The translations under genes were made by a program, and so were the position numbers. Below, piece after piece: positions 30,621-40,265 of a DNA stretch of 64,000 nucleotides (within the stretch, counting starts at the first letter, position 1; each line of letters begins with the position of its first letter). The DNA is taken from positions 3,744,001 through 3,808,000 of the forward strand of contig OZ245006.1 in assembly GCA_965223545.1 (NCBI GenBank), read 5' to 3'. Under the pieces are notes generated by a model. That model had not been told where the DNA came from. It did not search any database and worked only from the letters and a program-made list of their open reading frames with translations. The DNA comes from Planctomycetota bacterium (GTDB lineage: Bacteria > Planctomycetota > UBA1135 > UBA2386).

Positions 30621-32132
30621 CTACGGCTCGCGCCAGCGGCGGCCACCCCGGAGCAGGCGGCTTGTCGCCGCCGGTCCCCAGCTGCCGGCGGGATACTGCA
30701 GCGGCGCCGCGCCGTGGCTGCGCCAGCCGGCGGCGATCGAGTCGACGATCCGCCACGCTTCTTCGACCTCGTCGCAGCGGGCGAACAGGGTCGAGTCCCC
30801 GGTCATCGCGTCCAGCAGCAGGCGCTCGTAGGCGTCCGGCGACGGCCGGCCGAACGACCGGCCGTAGTCGAACTCCAGGCTCTGATCGCTGAGATCGACG
30901 TCGGGACCGGGGAGCTTGGTGGAGAACTGCAGGCGCAAGCCCTCGTCCGGCTGCACCCGCAGCACCAAGACGTTGCGCCCCATCGGCCGTTCCCCGCCGA
31001 ACAATAGGTGCGGGGGTCGACGGAAGTGGATCGCCACTTCGGTGGCGCGCCGCGGCAGCCGCTTGCCGGACCGCAGCAAGAAGGGCGTCTTCGCCCACCG
31101 CCAGTTGGCGACGCTGAGGCGCACGGCGGCAAAGGTCTCGGTCTGCGACAGCGGATCGACGCCCGCCTCGGCGCGATAGGCCGCGACCTCCTCGCCGTCG
31201 ATGATCCCGGCGTCGTACTGCCCGCGCACCGTGTGCCGTTCGACGGCGGCGGGATCGAACGTCGGGATCGCGCGCAGCACCTTGACCTTCTCGTCGCGCA
31301 CCGCGTCGGGGTGCAGCGACGCCGGCGGCTCCATCGCGATCAGCGTCAGCACTTGCAACAGGTGGTTCTGGATCATGTCGCGCAGCACGCCCGCCCGCTC
31401 GAAGTACGGCGCGCGGCTGCCGACGCCGATCGACTCGGCCACCGTGATCTGCACGTGGTCGACGTACTTCTCGTTCCACAGCGGCTCGAAGATCCGGTTG
31501 GCGAAGCGCAGCACCAGGATGTTCTGCACCGTCTCTTTGCCGAGGTAGTGATCGATGCGGAACACCTGGCGCTCGTCGAAGGCGGCCCGCACCTGCGCGT
31601 TGAGGTCGCGCGCCGAGGCCAAGTCGGTGCCGAACGGCTTCTCGACGACCGCGCGCGCCCAGCAACCCTCCGCCGCGCGCGACAGGCCCGCGCGGGCGAG
31701 CTGCGCCAAGATCGTCGGATACGCCGAGGGCGGCGTCGCCAGATAGAACAAGCGGTTGCCGCCGGTGCCCAGCTCGCGGTCCATCCGCGACAGCCGGTCG
31801 CCCAGAGCGCGGTAGCCTGCCGCGTCCTCGAAGGTCGAGCGGTGGTAGAACACGCGCTCGACCAGGGGAGCCAGATCGGCGCAGTCGGTGCGCCCGTGGC
31901 GCGCGCACGCGGCGGCGAGATCGGCGCGGAAGGCATCGTCGTCCTTGTCCCGGCGCGCGAAGCCGACCACCGCGAAGCGATCCGACAGCAGCCGGTCGCG
32001 CTGCAGGCCCAGCAGGGCCGGCACCAGCTTGCGGTGGGTGAGGTCGCCGGTCGCGCCGAAGATCACCAGCACGCACGGCGGCGCGCCGCGCGGCCGCGCA
32101 GCGGCCTGCCGGTGCGAGGCGTCGGCGGGCAT
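30621..32132 (-). CDS. zwf: Glucose-6-phosphate 1-dehydrogenase
   Basis: IFGATGDL..RKL.P, EKPFG, RIDHYLGKETVQN, DMIQNHLLQ, AYERLL. Confidence 0.97.
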   Translation of the reverse strand: MPADASHRQAAARPRGAPPCVLVIFGATGDLTHRKLVPALLGLQRDRLLSDRFAVVGFARRDKDDDAFRADLAAACARHGRTDCADLAPLVERVFYHRSTFEDAAGYRALGDRLSRMDRELGTGGNRLFYLATPPSAYPTILAQLARAGLSRAAEGCWARAVVEKPFGTDLASARDLNAQVRAAFDERQVFRIDHYLGKETVQNILVLRFANRIFEPLWNEKYVDHVQITVAESIGVGSRAPYFERAGVLRDMIQNHLLQVLTLIAMEPPASLHPDAVRDEKVKVLRAIPTFDPAAVERHTVRGQYDAGIIDGEEVAAYRAEAGVDPLSQTETFAAVRLSVANWRWAKTPFLLRSGKRLPRRATEVAIHFRRPPHLLFGGERPMGRNVLVLRVQPDEGLRLQFSTKLPGPDVDLSDQSLEFDYGRSFGRPSPDAYERLLLDAMTGDSTLFARCDEVEEAWRIVDSIAAGWRSHGAAPLQYPAGSWGPAATSRLLRGGRRWREP

Positions 32133-32134
32133 GC

Positions 32135-33085
32135 TCAGCTCAGCTCGAGCATGCGCTCCAGCGGCACCCGCGCGCGTTCCAACAGCGCGGGCTCCATGTC
32201 GATCCGCGGCTCGAGGTCGCGGAGCGCCGTGTACATCTTCTCGATGGTGTTGAGCTTCATGTACGGGCACTGGCTGCAGCCCTCGCAACCGGTGCCGTCC
32301 TCGACGGGGGCGGGGATCAGCTCCTTGTCCGGCGCCGCCTTGCGCATGGTGTGGATGATGCCGGTCTCGGTGCCGACGATGAAGGTGCGGCCCTCGTCGT
32401 TGGCGACGTGCTCGAGCAGGCGCCGCGTCGAGCCGACGAAGTCGGCGTGCCGCAGGATGTGCTCCTCGCACTCGGGATGGGCGATGAACTGCGCCTCCGG
32501 ATACCGCGTCTTGAGCTCGACGATCCGCCGCTCGGAGAACGTCACGTGGACGATGCAGGTGCCCGGCCACAGGTCCATCTCGCGGCCGACCTTCTTCATC
32601 AAGTAGGCGCCGAGGTTCTTGTCGGGCGCGAACAGGATCGGCCGGTCCTCGGGCACCGAGCGGATGATCTTCTCGGCGTTGCTCGAGGTGCAGATCACGT
32701 CCGACTGCGCCTTGGTGGCGGCCGTGCAGTTGATGTAGCTGACGACGTAGTGGTCGGGGTGCGCCGCCCGCCATGCCGCCAACTCGTCGGCCGGACACGA
32801 GTCCGCCAGCGAGCACCCTGCCTCGAGATCCGGCAACAGCACGGTCTTGCTCGGGTTGAGGATCTTGGCGGTCTCGGCCATGAAATGGACGCCGCAGAAC
32901 AGAATCACATCGACGTCGTCCGCCGCCTTGGCGCGCCGCGCCAAGTCGAGCGAGTCGCCGAGAAAGTCGGCGACGTCCTGGATGTCGCCGTCCTGGTAGT
33001 AGTGCGCCAAAATGATCGCGCGGCGCTCGCGCTTGAGCCGTTCGATCTCCTCGAACAGATCCAGAGCAGGGTCGATTGCGGTCAT
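32135..33085 (-). CDS. nadA: Quinolinate synthase A
   Basis: [42 protein letters not shown]. Confidence 0.97.
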   Translation of the reverse strand: MTAIDPALDLFEEIERLKRERRAIILAHYYQDGDIQDVADFLGDSLDLARRAKAADDVDVILFCGVHFMAETAKILNPSKTVLLPDLEAGCSLADSCPADELAAWRAAHPDHYVVSYINCTAATKAQSDVICTSSNAEKIIRSVPEDRPILFAPDKNLGAYLMKKVGREMDLWPGTCIVHVTFSERRIVELKTRYPEAQFIAHPECEEHILRHADFVGSTRRLLEHVANDEGRTFIVGTETGIIHTMRKAAPDKELIPAPVEDGTGCEGCSQCPYMKLNTIEKMYTALRDLEPRIDMEPALLERARVPLERMLELS

Positions 33086-33170
33086 GACATGGGCCTCCGG
33101 CCGCGGGTCTCGATAGGGCGTCGAGGGGCCTTGGCGACGCAGCTTATCCGGGGCGGAGCAGCTCCGTGGC

Positions 33171-35915
33171 CTACTCCGAGTCGCCGGTCTTCTTCGCCGC
33201 CTTCTTGGCTGCCTTCTTCTTGCTCGCCTTCTTCTTGGTGGTCTTCTTGGCCGTCTTCTTCGCGGTCTTCTTCTTGGCCGCCTTCTTCTTGGCCGCCTTC
33301 GCCGGCGCGCGGGCCGCGCGCTCGGCCAACAGCTCGATCGCCCGCTCGAGGTTGACGTCGGCGACGTTCTCGCCCCGCGGCACGCTGGCGTTCAGCGTGC
33401 CGTCCGTGACGTACGGTCCGAAGCGGCCGTCGAGGATCTTGATCGGTGCTCCGCTGTCGGGGTGTTCCCCGAGCTCGGCGAGGGCCTTGCGCGGCGTGCG
33501 CGCCGCACGTCCGCGCGCCTTCGGCTGGGCCAACAGCTCTTCCGCCTGCTGCTGCGAGATCGTCAGCGGCGACATCCCCTCGGGGATGCTGCGCGTTTCC
33601 TTGCCCCAGCGGATGTAGGGACCGAACCGGCCATTGGCGGCGGTGATCTCGACGTCCTCCGCCGGCGCCTCATCGGTGGCCTCGGTCTTCTTGGTGCCCA
33701 CCGTGCGCGGCAGCGCCAGGGTGGCGAGCGCCTCCTCCAAGGTCACCGTCTCGGGCTCCATCCCCTTCAACAGGGACGCCATCTTCGGCTTCTCGCCGTC
33801 CAACTCGTCCTGGTCTCCCAGCTGGAAGTAGGGCCCGAAGCGGCCGATCTTGACCAGCACCGAGTGCCCGCTCTCGGGATCGGCGCCGAGCTTGCGCGGC
33901 CCCTCTTCGCCCTTGGCCAGCAGCTCCAGCGCCACCTCGAGCGTGAGCTCGTCGGGCGCCATCTGATCGGGCACGCTGACCCGCGTCTCGCCGCACGACA
34001 AGAACGGACCGTAGCGGCCGACCCGCACTTCGACGCGCGTGCCCTCCTCGTTCTCACCGAGCGGAATGCCGCAGATCACGCGCGGGTCGATCTCCTGCTC
34101 CACCTTCTCGACGTGCGTCTTCAGGCCCGGATTGCCGTTGCCGTGGTAGAAGTCGCGCAGGTAGGCGAGGCCCTCGACGCGGCCGTTGCTGATCTCGTCG
34201 AGGTCGTCCTCCATGCGCGCGGTAAAGGTGTAGTCGACCAGGTGCGACAAGAAGCCGTCCAGCAGGTTGACGACGGCGAACGCGGTGAAGGTCGGCACCA
34301 GGGCGGTGCCCTTCTTGAAGCAGTACTCGCGCGCCAGGATCGTCTCGATGATCGACGCGTAGGTGCTCGGCCGGCCGATGCCGCGCGCCTCCATCTCCCG
34401 CACCAGCGAGGCCTCGGTCAACCGCGCCGGCGGCTGCGTCCGGTGGCCGTTCGCCTCGATCGACTCGGTGTCGAGGCCGTCGCCCTCGGTGACGTCGGGC
34501 AGCAGCTTGTCGCCACTCTGCTCGCCGCCCTTGTCCGCCTCGCTCTCATCGCTCTGCACGTACGCCAGCCGATAGCCCGGGAACTGGATGACGCGGCCGG
34601 TGGCCTGGAACGTCGCGTCGTCGATGCCGAGCTGCAGCGTCGTGCGCATGCCGCGCGCGTCCCTCATCTGACAGGCGACGGTGCGCTGGAAGATCAGGGT
34701 GTAGAGCTTGCGCTCATCGTCGTTGAGCTCACCGGCGAGCTCCGCCGGCGTGCGGAACGTCGCGCCGGCCGGACGGATCGCCTCGTGCGCCTCTTGCGCG
34801 TTCTTGACCTTGGTCTTGTAGGTGCGCGGAGCATCGGGCCGGTTCTCGGCGCCGTACTGCTCCTCGATCAAGGTGCGCGCCGCGGTCAACGCCTCGTTGG
34901 ACAAGGTCGTCGAGTCGGTGCGCATGTAAGTGATGTAGCCGTTCTCGTACAGACGCTGCGCGGTGCGCATGGTGCGCTGCGCGCTGAAGCGCATCTTGCG
35001 CGACGCCTCCTGCTGCAACGTCGAGGTGGTGAACGGCGGCGCCGGGCGCTCGGTGAACGGCTTCTGCTCAAGGCTCTTGACCACTGCCCGGCCGGCGAGC
35101 AAACGGTCGCACAGCGCGCGCGCCGCGGACTCGTCGAGCTGCAGCGGCGCGTCGGCACCCTTCTTCTTGAGCGCGCCGGTGTCGGGATCGAAGTCCTTGC
35201 CGCTGGCCACGCGGCGGTCGCCGACGGCGATCAGCGTGGCGGCGAACGGCTCGCTGCCCTCGGCCGCGAACCGGCCTTCGAGATCCCAGTAGTCGGCAGC
35301 GCGGAATCGCATGCGCTCGCGCTCGCGCTCGACCACCAACCGCACCGCGACGCTCTGCACGCGGCCGGCCGACAACTTCGGCCGTACCTTCTTCCACAGC
35401 AGCGGCGACACCGAGTAGCCGTAGAGCCGATCCACCAGCCGCCGGGTCTCCTGCGCCTCGACCAGGTCTTCGTTGATCTCCCGCGGGTTGGCCAGCGCCG
35501 CTTGGATGGCGGTCTTGGTGATCTCGTGGAACACCAGCCGCTTGACCTCGCCCTTGGGCTTGAGCTCCTGCACCAAGTGCCACGAGATCGACTCGCCCTC
35601 GCGGTCTTCATCGGTCGCGAGGTAGACGACGGAGGCATCCTTGACCAGCTGCTTGAGCTTGCGGATCTGCTCCTTCTTCTCGCGCGGCACGACGTAGAGC
35701 GGACGGAAGTCGTTCTCGATGTCGATCCCCAGCCGGGCCCACGGCTCCTTCTTGTACGCGGCCGGAATCTCGGCGGCGTTCGCGGGGAGGTCGCGGATGT
35801 GGCCGACGGAGGCCTCGATCACGTAGTCCTTGCCGATGAACCGGCCGACCGTACGGGCCTTGGCCGGGGACTCGACGATCACCAGTGCTTTTCCGGTCTT
35901 TTGCTTCGTGGCCAT
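33171..35915 (-). CDS. topA: DNA topoisomerase I (type IA) with Topo_C repeats and Lys/Ala-rich tail
   Basis: [51 protein letters not shown](F/Y)GP repeats; KKAAKK tail. Confidence 0.98.
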   Translation of the reverse strand: MATKQKTGKALVIVESPAKARTVGRFIGKDYVIEASVGHIRDLPANAAEIPAAYKKEPWARLGIDIENDFRPLYVVPREKKEQIRKLKQLVKDASVVYLATDEDREGESISWHLVQELKPKGEVKRLVFHEITKTAIQAALANPREINEDLVEAQETRRLVDRLYGYSVSPLLWKKVRPKLSAGRVQSVAVRLVVERERERMRFRAADYWDLEGRFAAEGSEPFAATLIAVGDRRVASGKDFDPDTGALKKKGADAPLQLDESAARALCDRLLAGRAVVKSLEQKPFTERPAPPFTTSTLQQEASRKMRFSAQRTMRTAQRLYENGYITYMRTDSTTLSNEALTAARTLIEEQYGAENRPDAPRTYKTKVKNAQEAHEAIRPAGATFRTPAELAGELNDDERKLYTLIFQRTVACQMRDARGMRTTLQLGIDDATFQATGRVIQFPGYRLAYVQSDESEADKGGEQSGDKLLPDVTEGDGLDTESIEANGHRTQPPARLTEASLVREMEARGIGRPSTYASIIETILAREYCFKKGTALVPTFTAFAVVNLLDGFLSHLVDYTFTARMEDDLDEISNGRVEGLAYLRDFYHGNGNPGLKTHVEKVEQEIDPRVICGIPLGENEEGTRVEVRVGRYGPFLSCGETRVSVPDQMAPDELTLEVALELLAKGEEGPRKLGADPESGHSVLVKIGRFGPYFQLGDQDELDGEKPKMASLLKGMEPETVTLEEALATLALPRTVGTKKTEATDEAPAEDVEITAANGRFGPYIRWGKETRSIPEGMSPLTISQQQAEELLAQPKARGRAARTPRKALAELGEHPDSGAPIKILDGRFGPYVTDGTLNASVPRGENVADVNLERAIELLAERAARAPAKAAKKKAAKKKTAKKTAKKTTKKKASKKKAAKKAAKKTGDSE

Positions 35916-35925
35916 CGGGTCGGCG

Positions 35926-35958
35926 CGAGTGTTAGGGCGCGCGGTGACCGCGTGTCAA
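35926..35958 (-). promoter_or_regulatory. Candidate sigma70 promoter for topA
   Basis: Perfect TTGACA (35958-35953, minus) with weak TAACAC 18 nt downstream, shortly before the ATG. Confidence 0.4.
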
Positions 35959-36069
35959 GGGTTGGGTCGTCGAAGCGGGGGACCGGGCCGATCACCCGGG
36001 CAATCGGCAGCCACCGCGAACCCGGCCTTTGCAGTAGCCTGGCCCATTCTCCCCAACTGGAGCAACGAC

Positions 36070-36843
36070 ATGCACTTGAAGGCGTTTTCGTGGGTGCTCG
36101 CGGCGACCCTGGGCAGCGCACTGGACGCACAGACCATCAGTCGAGTCGTGCCCGACGCGGCCTCTCCCGGCGACCTGGTGATCGTTCAGGGCAGCGGCCT
36201 CGGCGCGGTGGCGAGCGTGCGCTTCCGCGCCACCGTCGGCGGCTTCGCCGGATCCTGGACCGTCGACGTGACCCCCCTGTCGCTCTCCGCCACCGCGCTC
36301 ACGGTGCGGGTCCCGCAGATGGCCGGCTTCGCCCCGCCGACCGCGGTGCCGCCGGGAGACCCTATGGGCCGCATCTCGATCGGCGCGAGCGGCACGCGCT
36401 TCTTCTTCCTGCAGGGCACGTTCGACCCGCGCACCAACCTGGCGCCGCAGTCCGTGACCCAGGGGGTCGGCACCACCCAGTCGACCGGCGCCGGCCGACC
36501 CGTCGTCTGCTTCGACCTGGACGGAGGGGCGCCCGTCGCCGGCAATGCGGGCTTCGTCTTCGAGCTCGAGAACGCGGTGCCCGCCAGCGCGGCGACCGCC
36601 GTCATCGGCCTGCCGGCTCCGCTGCCGTACCTGCCGATCGGCGACGGCACGCTGACGGTCGGCACGGCGGTGATGGTGTTCGTCGGCCCGATCGCGACCG
36701 ACGCCGCCGGCGACGCCCGCCTGCCGCTGCCCGTGCCCGGCGCGCCGGTGAGCAGCGTCGACATCGCGCTGCAGTGGGCAGTGCTGGATGCCGGCCTTGC
36801 CGGCGGCGTCGCGGTCAGCAACGGCCTGCGCATCACCCTGTAG
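36070..36843 (+). CDS. Secreted IPT/TIG-like protein with shared C-terminal domain
   Basis: Signal peptide; ISRVVP..ASPGD.V.VQGSGL IPT-like start; C-terminal LPVP...LQW...VSNGLRITL. Confidence 0.75.
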   Translation: MHLKAFSWVLAATLGSALDAQTISRVVPDAASPGDLVIVQGSGLGAVASVRFRATVGGFAGSWTVDVTPLSLSATALTVRVPQMAGFAPPTAVPPGDPMGRISIGASGTRFFFLQGTFDPRTNLAPQSVTQGVGTTQSTGAGRPVVCFDLDGGAPVAGNAGFVFELENAVPASAATAVIGLPAPLPYLPIGDGTLTVGTAVMVFVGPIATDAAGDARLPLPVPGAPVSSVDIALQWAVLDAGLAGGVAVSNGLRITL

Positions 36844-36857
36844 CACCCCGCCGGGGG

Positions 36858-37019
36858 CGCGTTTCGACGCGGGGAAAACACTTGACGCACGCAGTCGCTA
36901 CGGATAGGCCGTGCGCTTGGTTCGCCTGGTCGAACGGCGGTTGCCGCCCTCGATCAGCAACCCCTTAAATTAGCTACTGAAAAGGGTTTCCGTCAATCGC
37001 GGCGGACTGAGACGGCGCC
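36858..37019 (+). ncRNA. Candidate structured intergenic/leader RNA upstream of the GH63-like gene
   Basis: Four consecutive hairpins read by eye, one with a UUCG loop; no known riboswitch recognised. Confidence 0.3.
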
Positions 37020-37119
37020 TCCCACCGCGGCCGTCCATCGACACCAGCGGCGTCCATCCACGCTTCGAGCACTCCGCCGCACCCCGCGATTGACCACGGA
37101 ACTTTTGCAGGATCCGAGC

Positions 37120-39255
37120 ATGAACCAGACCGAGAAGATCGTCCTCGGCGGCGGCGGCTATTGCACCTACGCGCCCCGCTTCCCCCGCTATCAGACTTCG
37201 CCCGGCTTCTTCGACGACGTCTCGATCTACAACGCGACGGTGCGGCCGCTCTACGCTCTCCACGTCCTGAGGGGTGGGGTGCCGGTGACGCTGAGCTGCA
37301 CCGGGGTGGAGCGCAAGGACGGCTGCGCGGTGTTGACCTTCAAGAGCGGCGACGGCGTCAAGCTCATCGAGACCCGGATGGTGACCACCGACGACCGCTT
37401 CGTCTCGAAGGTCGAGGTCACCAACGAGACCAAGACCGAGACCGAGCTGGTGCTGGTGCAGTGGACCACCGTCGACCCCGAGGGCGAGGCCGTGTCGCTC
37501 GAGGGCGACAGCTTCCGCGTGCGCCGGACCCTGCAGCCCGACGACACCGACGCGATCCCGGTGGAGATCGTCTGGAGCAGTCCCGACTCCAAGGGCGCGC
37601 GCTGCATCCAGGCGATGTTCGGCGAGGGCGGCAGCGACCGGCCCGACTACGAAGAGACCCCCTGGTTCGAGCTCGAGGACATGCCGACGCCGCGCGCCAA
37701 GCGGCCGATGGTCAAGCCGAGTCCCATCGTGCCGACGTCCCGGGTCTACGCCGGCGTGTTCCGCCCGATCAAGCTCAAGGGCGGCGCCACCGCGAAGCAC
37801 CGCTTCGAGGCCAACGTGATCTTCAAGGGCAAGGGCATCAACTATCGCCCGCGCCGGCCCGACCCCAAGGACGAGAACGGCTACTCCGCCTTCATGGACA
37901 AGGCGCCGCGCTTCGTGTGCGAGGACAAGCGGCTCGAGCGCCTGGTGCGGCACCGCTTCGAGACGCTGCACGTGCTGCGCCTGCCCAACGGCGTCGGCAA
38001 CATGAGTGCGCACAGCGTGTGCGAGGGCGACGGCGATCTGCACGTCCCGTGCGCGTTTACCGCGCCGTCGATCCTGCGCGAAGCGCGGTGGTTGACCGAC
38101 CCGTCGCTGGCGCGCGGCGTGCTGCGCAGCTTCTTCGAGAACATCCGCCAGAGCGGCATGGTCCCCGGCCACATCCGACTGGTGACGATGCCGACCTGCG
38201 GCTTCTACCACGCCGACTGGGGCGGTGGCTTCGAAGCACTGGACGCCATCCATCCCGATCGCGCGACCAAGCGCGCGGTGCTGATGGCGATGCAGCGCTA
38301 CGTCAAGTGGCTGGCCAACAACCGCGACCCCGAGGGCAGCGGTCTCACCGACGTCGTCAACCAGCGCGAGTCGGGCCAGCGCATGTCGCGCCGCTTCACG
38401 CTGTTCGACGACAAGTGCGACCGCGCCGAGGACTTCGGCGAGCACTTCCGCGTCAAGGCGGTCGACGCCAGCATCTTCCGCTACCGGCTGGTGCGCTACC
38501 TGGCGCAGGTGGCGGACGAAGTGCAGGAAAAGGCGATGGCCAACCGCTTCATCGCCGAGACCGAAGTGATCCACGACGTGATCCGCAAGCGGCTGTGGGA
38601 CGAGAAGACCAAGCTGTTCATGGACGTCGACCCGAAGACGCGGCGCAAGACCGGCGTCAAGTCGGCCGTCGGCTTCTACCCGCTGGCCACCGACGTGCCC
38701 AAGCCGGCGCAGGTCGACGGCCTGCTGGCCTCGCTGAGCGACCGCAAGGAGTTCTGGAGCAAGTACCCGGTGCCGACGGTGGGCATGAGCGATCCCTCGT
38801 TCAGCGCCGACGGACAGTGGAAGGGCACGCGCGCGACCTCGCCGTGGAACGGCCGCACCTGGGGCATCGTCAACTCCCACATCCTCGAGGGGTTGGCCTA
38901 CGTCGCCGAGCGCGGCAACAAGAAGGCGCAGAAGCTGTGCGGGGATCTGTTCGAGCGCACCGTGGCGATGATGTCCGGCCAGCTCGAGGACCGCGAGCAG
39001 GCCAACTCGTGCGCGCACTTCCACCCGATCACCGGCCGCGGCAACCGCGCCAGCGGCACCGGGTGCACCACCGGCACGTTCATCCTCGACAACATCTTCC
39101 GCATCGGCTGCGGCTTCGCGGTCCGCTTCGGCGAGGTGCAGGACGACCCGGTCATTAAGGACATGCCCGACTTCAAGCTGCAGGACCTGCCGGTCGGCAA
39201 CAAGCGCTACACCGTCGAGCGCAAGGGCAGCAAGCTGAAGATCGCCCAGCAGTAG
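37120..39255 (+). CDS. MGH1/GH63/trehalase-like (alpha/alpha)6 protein, apparently lacking catalytic acids
   Basis: ESG..MS.R, VD, LWDE....F.D, GFYPL, EFWSKYPVPT, WNGRTW, HPITG motifs; no signal peptide. Confidence 0.75.
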   Translation: MNQTEKIVLGGGGYCTYAPRFPRYQTSPGFFDDVSIYNATVRPLYALHVLRGGVPVTLSCTGVERKDGCAVLTFKSGDGVKLIETRMVTTDDRFVSKVEVTNETKTETELVLVQWTTVDPEGEAVSLEGDSFRVRRTLQPDDTDAIPVEIVWSSPDSKGARCIQAMFGEGGSDRPDYEETPWFELEDMPTPRAKRPMVKPSPIVPTSRVYAGVFRPIKLKGGATAKHRFEANVIFKGKGINYRPRRPDPKDENGYSAFMDKAPRFVCEDKRLERLVRHRFETLHVLRLPNGVGNMSAHSVCEGDGDLHVPCAFTAPSILREARWLTDPSLARGVLRSFFENIRQSGMVPGHIRLVTMPTCGFYHADWGGGFEALDAIHPDRATKRAVLMAMQRYVKWLANNRDPEGSGLTDVVNQRESGQRMSRRFTLFDDKCDRAEDFGEHFRVKAVDASIFRYRLVRYLAQVADEVQEKAMANRFIAETEVIHDVIRKRLWDEKTKLFMDVDPKTRRKTGVKSAVGFYPLATDVPKPAQVDGLLASLSDRKEFWSKYPVPTVGMSDPSFSADGQWKGTRATSPWNGRTWGIVNSHILEGLAYVAERGNKKAQKLCGDLFERTVAMMSGQLEDREQANSCAHFHPITGRGNRASGTGCTTGTFILDNIFRIGCGFAVRFGEVQDDPVIKDMPDFKLQDLPVGNKRYTVERKGSKLKIAQQ

Positions 39256-39263
39256 GGCGGCCG

Positions 39264-40223
39264 GTGGCGGCGCCCGACCTCGACAGCGTGCGCGCGGCGC
39301 ACGCGCGCATCCGCGCCCACGTGCACCGCACGCCGGTGCTCACGTCGACGACGTTCGACCGCGAGCTGGGCGCACAACTGTTCTTCAAGTGCGAGAACCT
39401 GCAGAAGGTCGGCGCCTTCAAGGCGCGCGGCGCGGTCAACGCCGTGCTGTCGCTGGACGATGCGGCGCTGCAGCGCGGCGTGCTGACGCACTCGTCCGGC
39501 AATCACGCCGCGGCGCTGGCCTACGCGGCGAGCTTGCGCAGTGCGCCGTGCGTGGTGGTGATGCCGCGGTCGGCGGCCCCGATCAAAGTCGCGGCCGTGC
39601 GCGGCTACGGCGCCGAAATCGTCTTCTGCGACGAAGGCCAGAGGGCCGAGACCGCGCAGCGCGTGCAGGGCGAGCGCGGCCTGACGTTCGTCTCGCCGTT
39701 CGACCAGGACACCATCGTCGCCGGACAGGGCACCGCGGCCCTCGAGCTGCTCGAGGACGTGCCCGACCTCGACATCATCATCGCCCCGGTCGGCGGTGGC
39801 GGCCTGCTGGCGGGGACCGCCCTGGCCGCGCGCGCCGCCGAGCCGGCGCCGCGCGTGTTCGGCGCCGAGCCGGCCGCCGTCGACGATGCCTACCACTCGC
39901 TGCGCAGCGGCGAGCGCCAGCCCGCGGTTGCCAACCCGCAGACCTGGGCCGACGGCCTGCTGACCGGCCTGGGAGAGCTCAACTTCGCGATCCTGAAGCA
40001 ACGCGGCGTGCAGGTCGTGCGCGTCGAAGAGGATGCGATGCTGCGCGCGGCGCGCGACGTGCTGCAGCGCATGAAGCTGCTCATCGAGCCGTCGAGCGCA
40101 ACCGTGCTGGCGGCGGTGCGGGCCCAACGCGCGGCGTGGGCCGGATTGCGCATCGGCGCGATCATCAGCGGCGGAAACACGGACCTCGCGTGGCTGGCGG
40201 CAGTGGACGGCGCCGGCGACTGA
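39264..40223 (+). CDS. PLP-dependent serine/threonine dehydratase / serine racemase family
   Basis: KCENLQKVGAFKARGA, SSGNHA, GQGT, PVGGGGL, IEPSS, ISGGN. Confidence 0.93.
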   Translation: MAAPDLDSVRAAHARIRAHVHRTPVLTSTTFDRELGAQLFFKCENLQKVGAFKARGAVNAVLSLDDAALQRGVLTHSSGNHAAALAYAASLRSAPCVVVMPRSAAPIKVAAVRGYGAEIVFCDEGQRAETAQRVQGERGLTFVSPFDQDTIVAGQGTAALELLEDVPDLDIIIAPVGGGGLLAGTALAARAAEPAPRVFGAEPAAVDDAYHSLRSGERQPAVANPQTWADGLLTGLGELNFAILKQRGVQVVRVEEDAMLRAARDVLQRMKLLIEPSSATVLAAVRAQRAAWAGLRIGAIISGGNTDLAWLAAVDGAGD

Positions 40224-40265
40224 CTCCGGCTCGAGGCAGCGCTTGGGGCGCTACAATCCCACGCG

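Noticed and set aside
28360..32076. Apparent 1238-aa E1 protein and 731-aa Zwf
   Set aside because: The N-terminal extensions are alternative frames over zwf and nadA; credible starts are 30585 and 32132.
33166..33320. Repetitive DNA and a hydrophobic plus-strand ORF (FFAAFL repeats)
   Set aside because: Reverse complement of the Lys/Ala-rich TopA tail; not a CRISPR array or a membrane protein.
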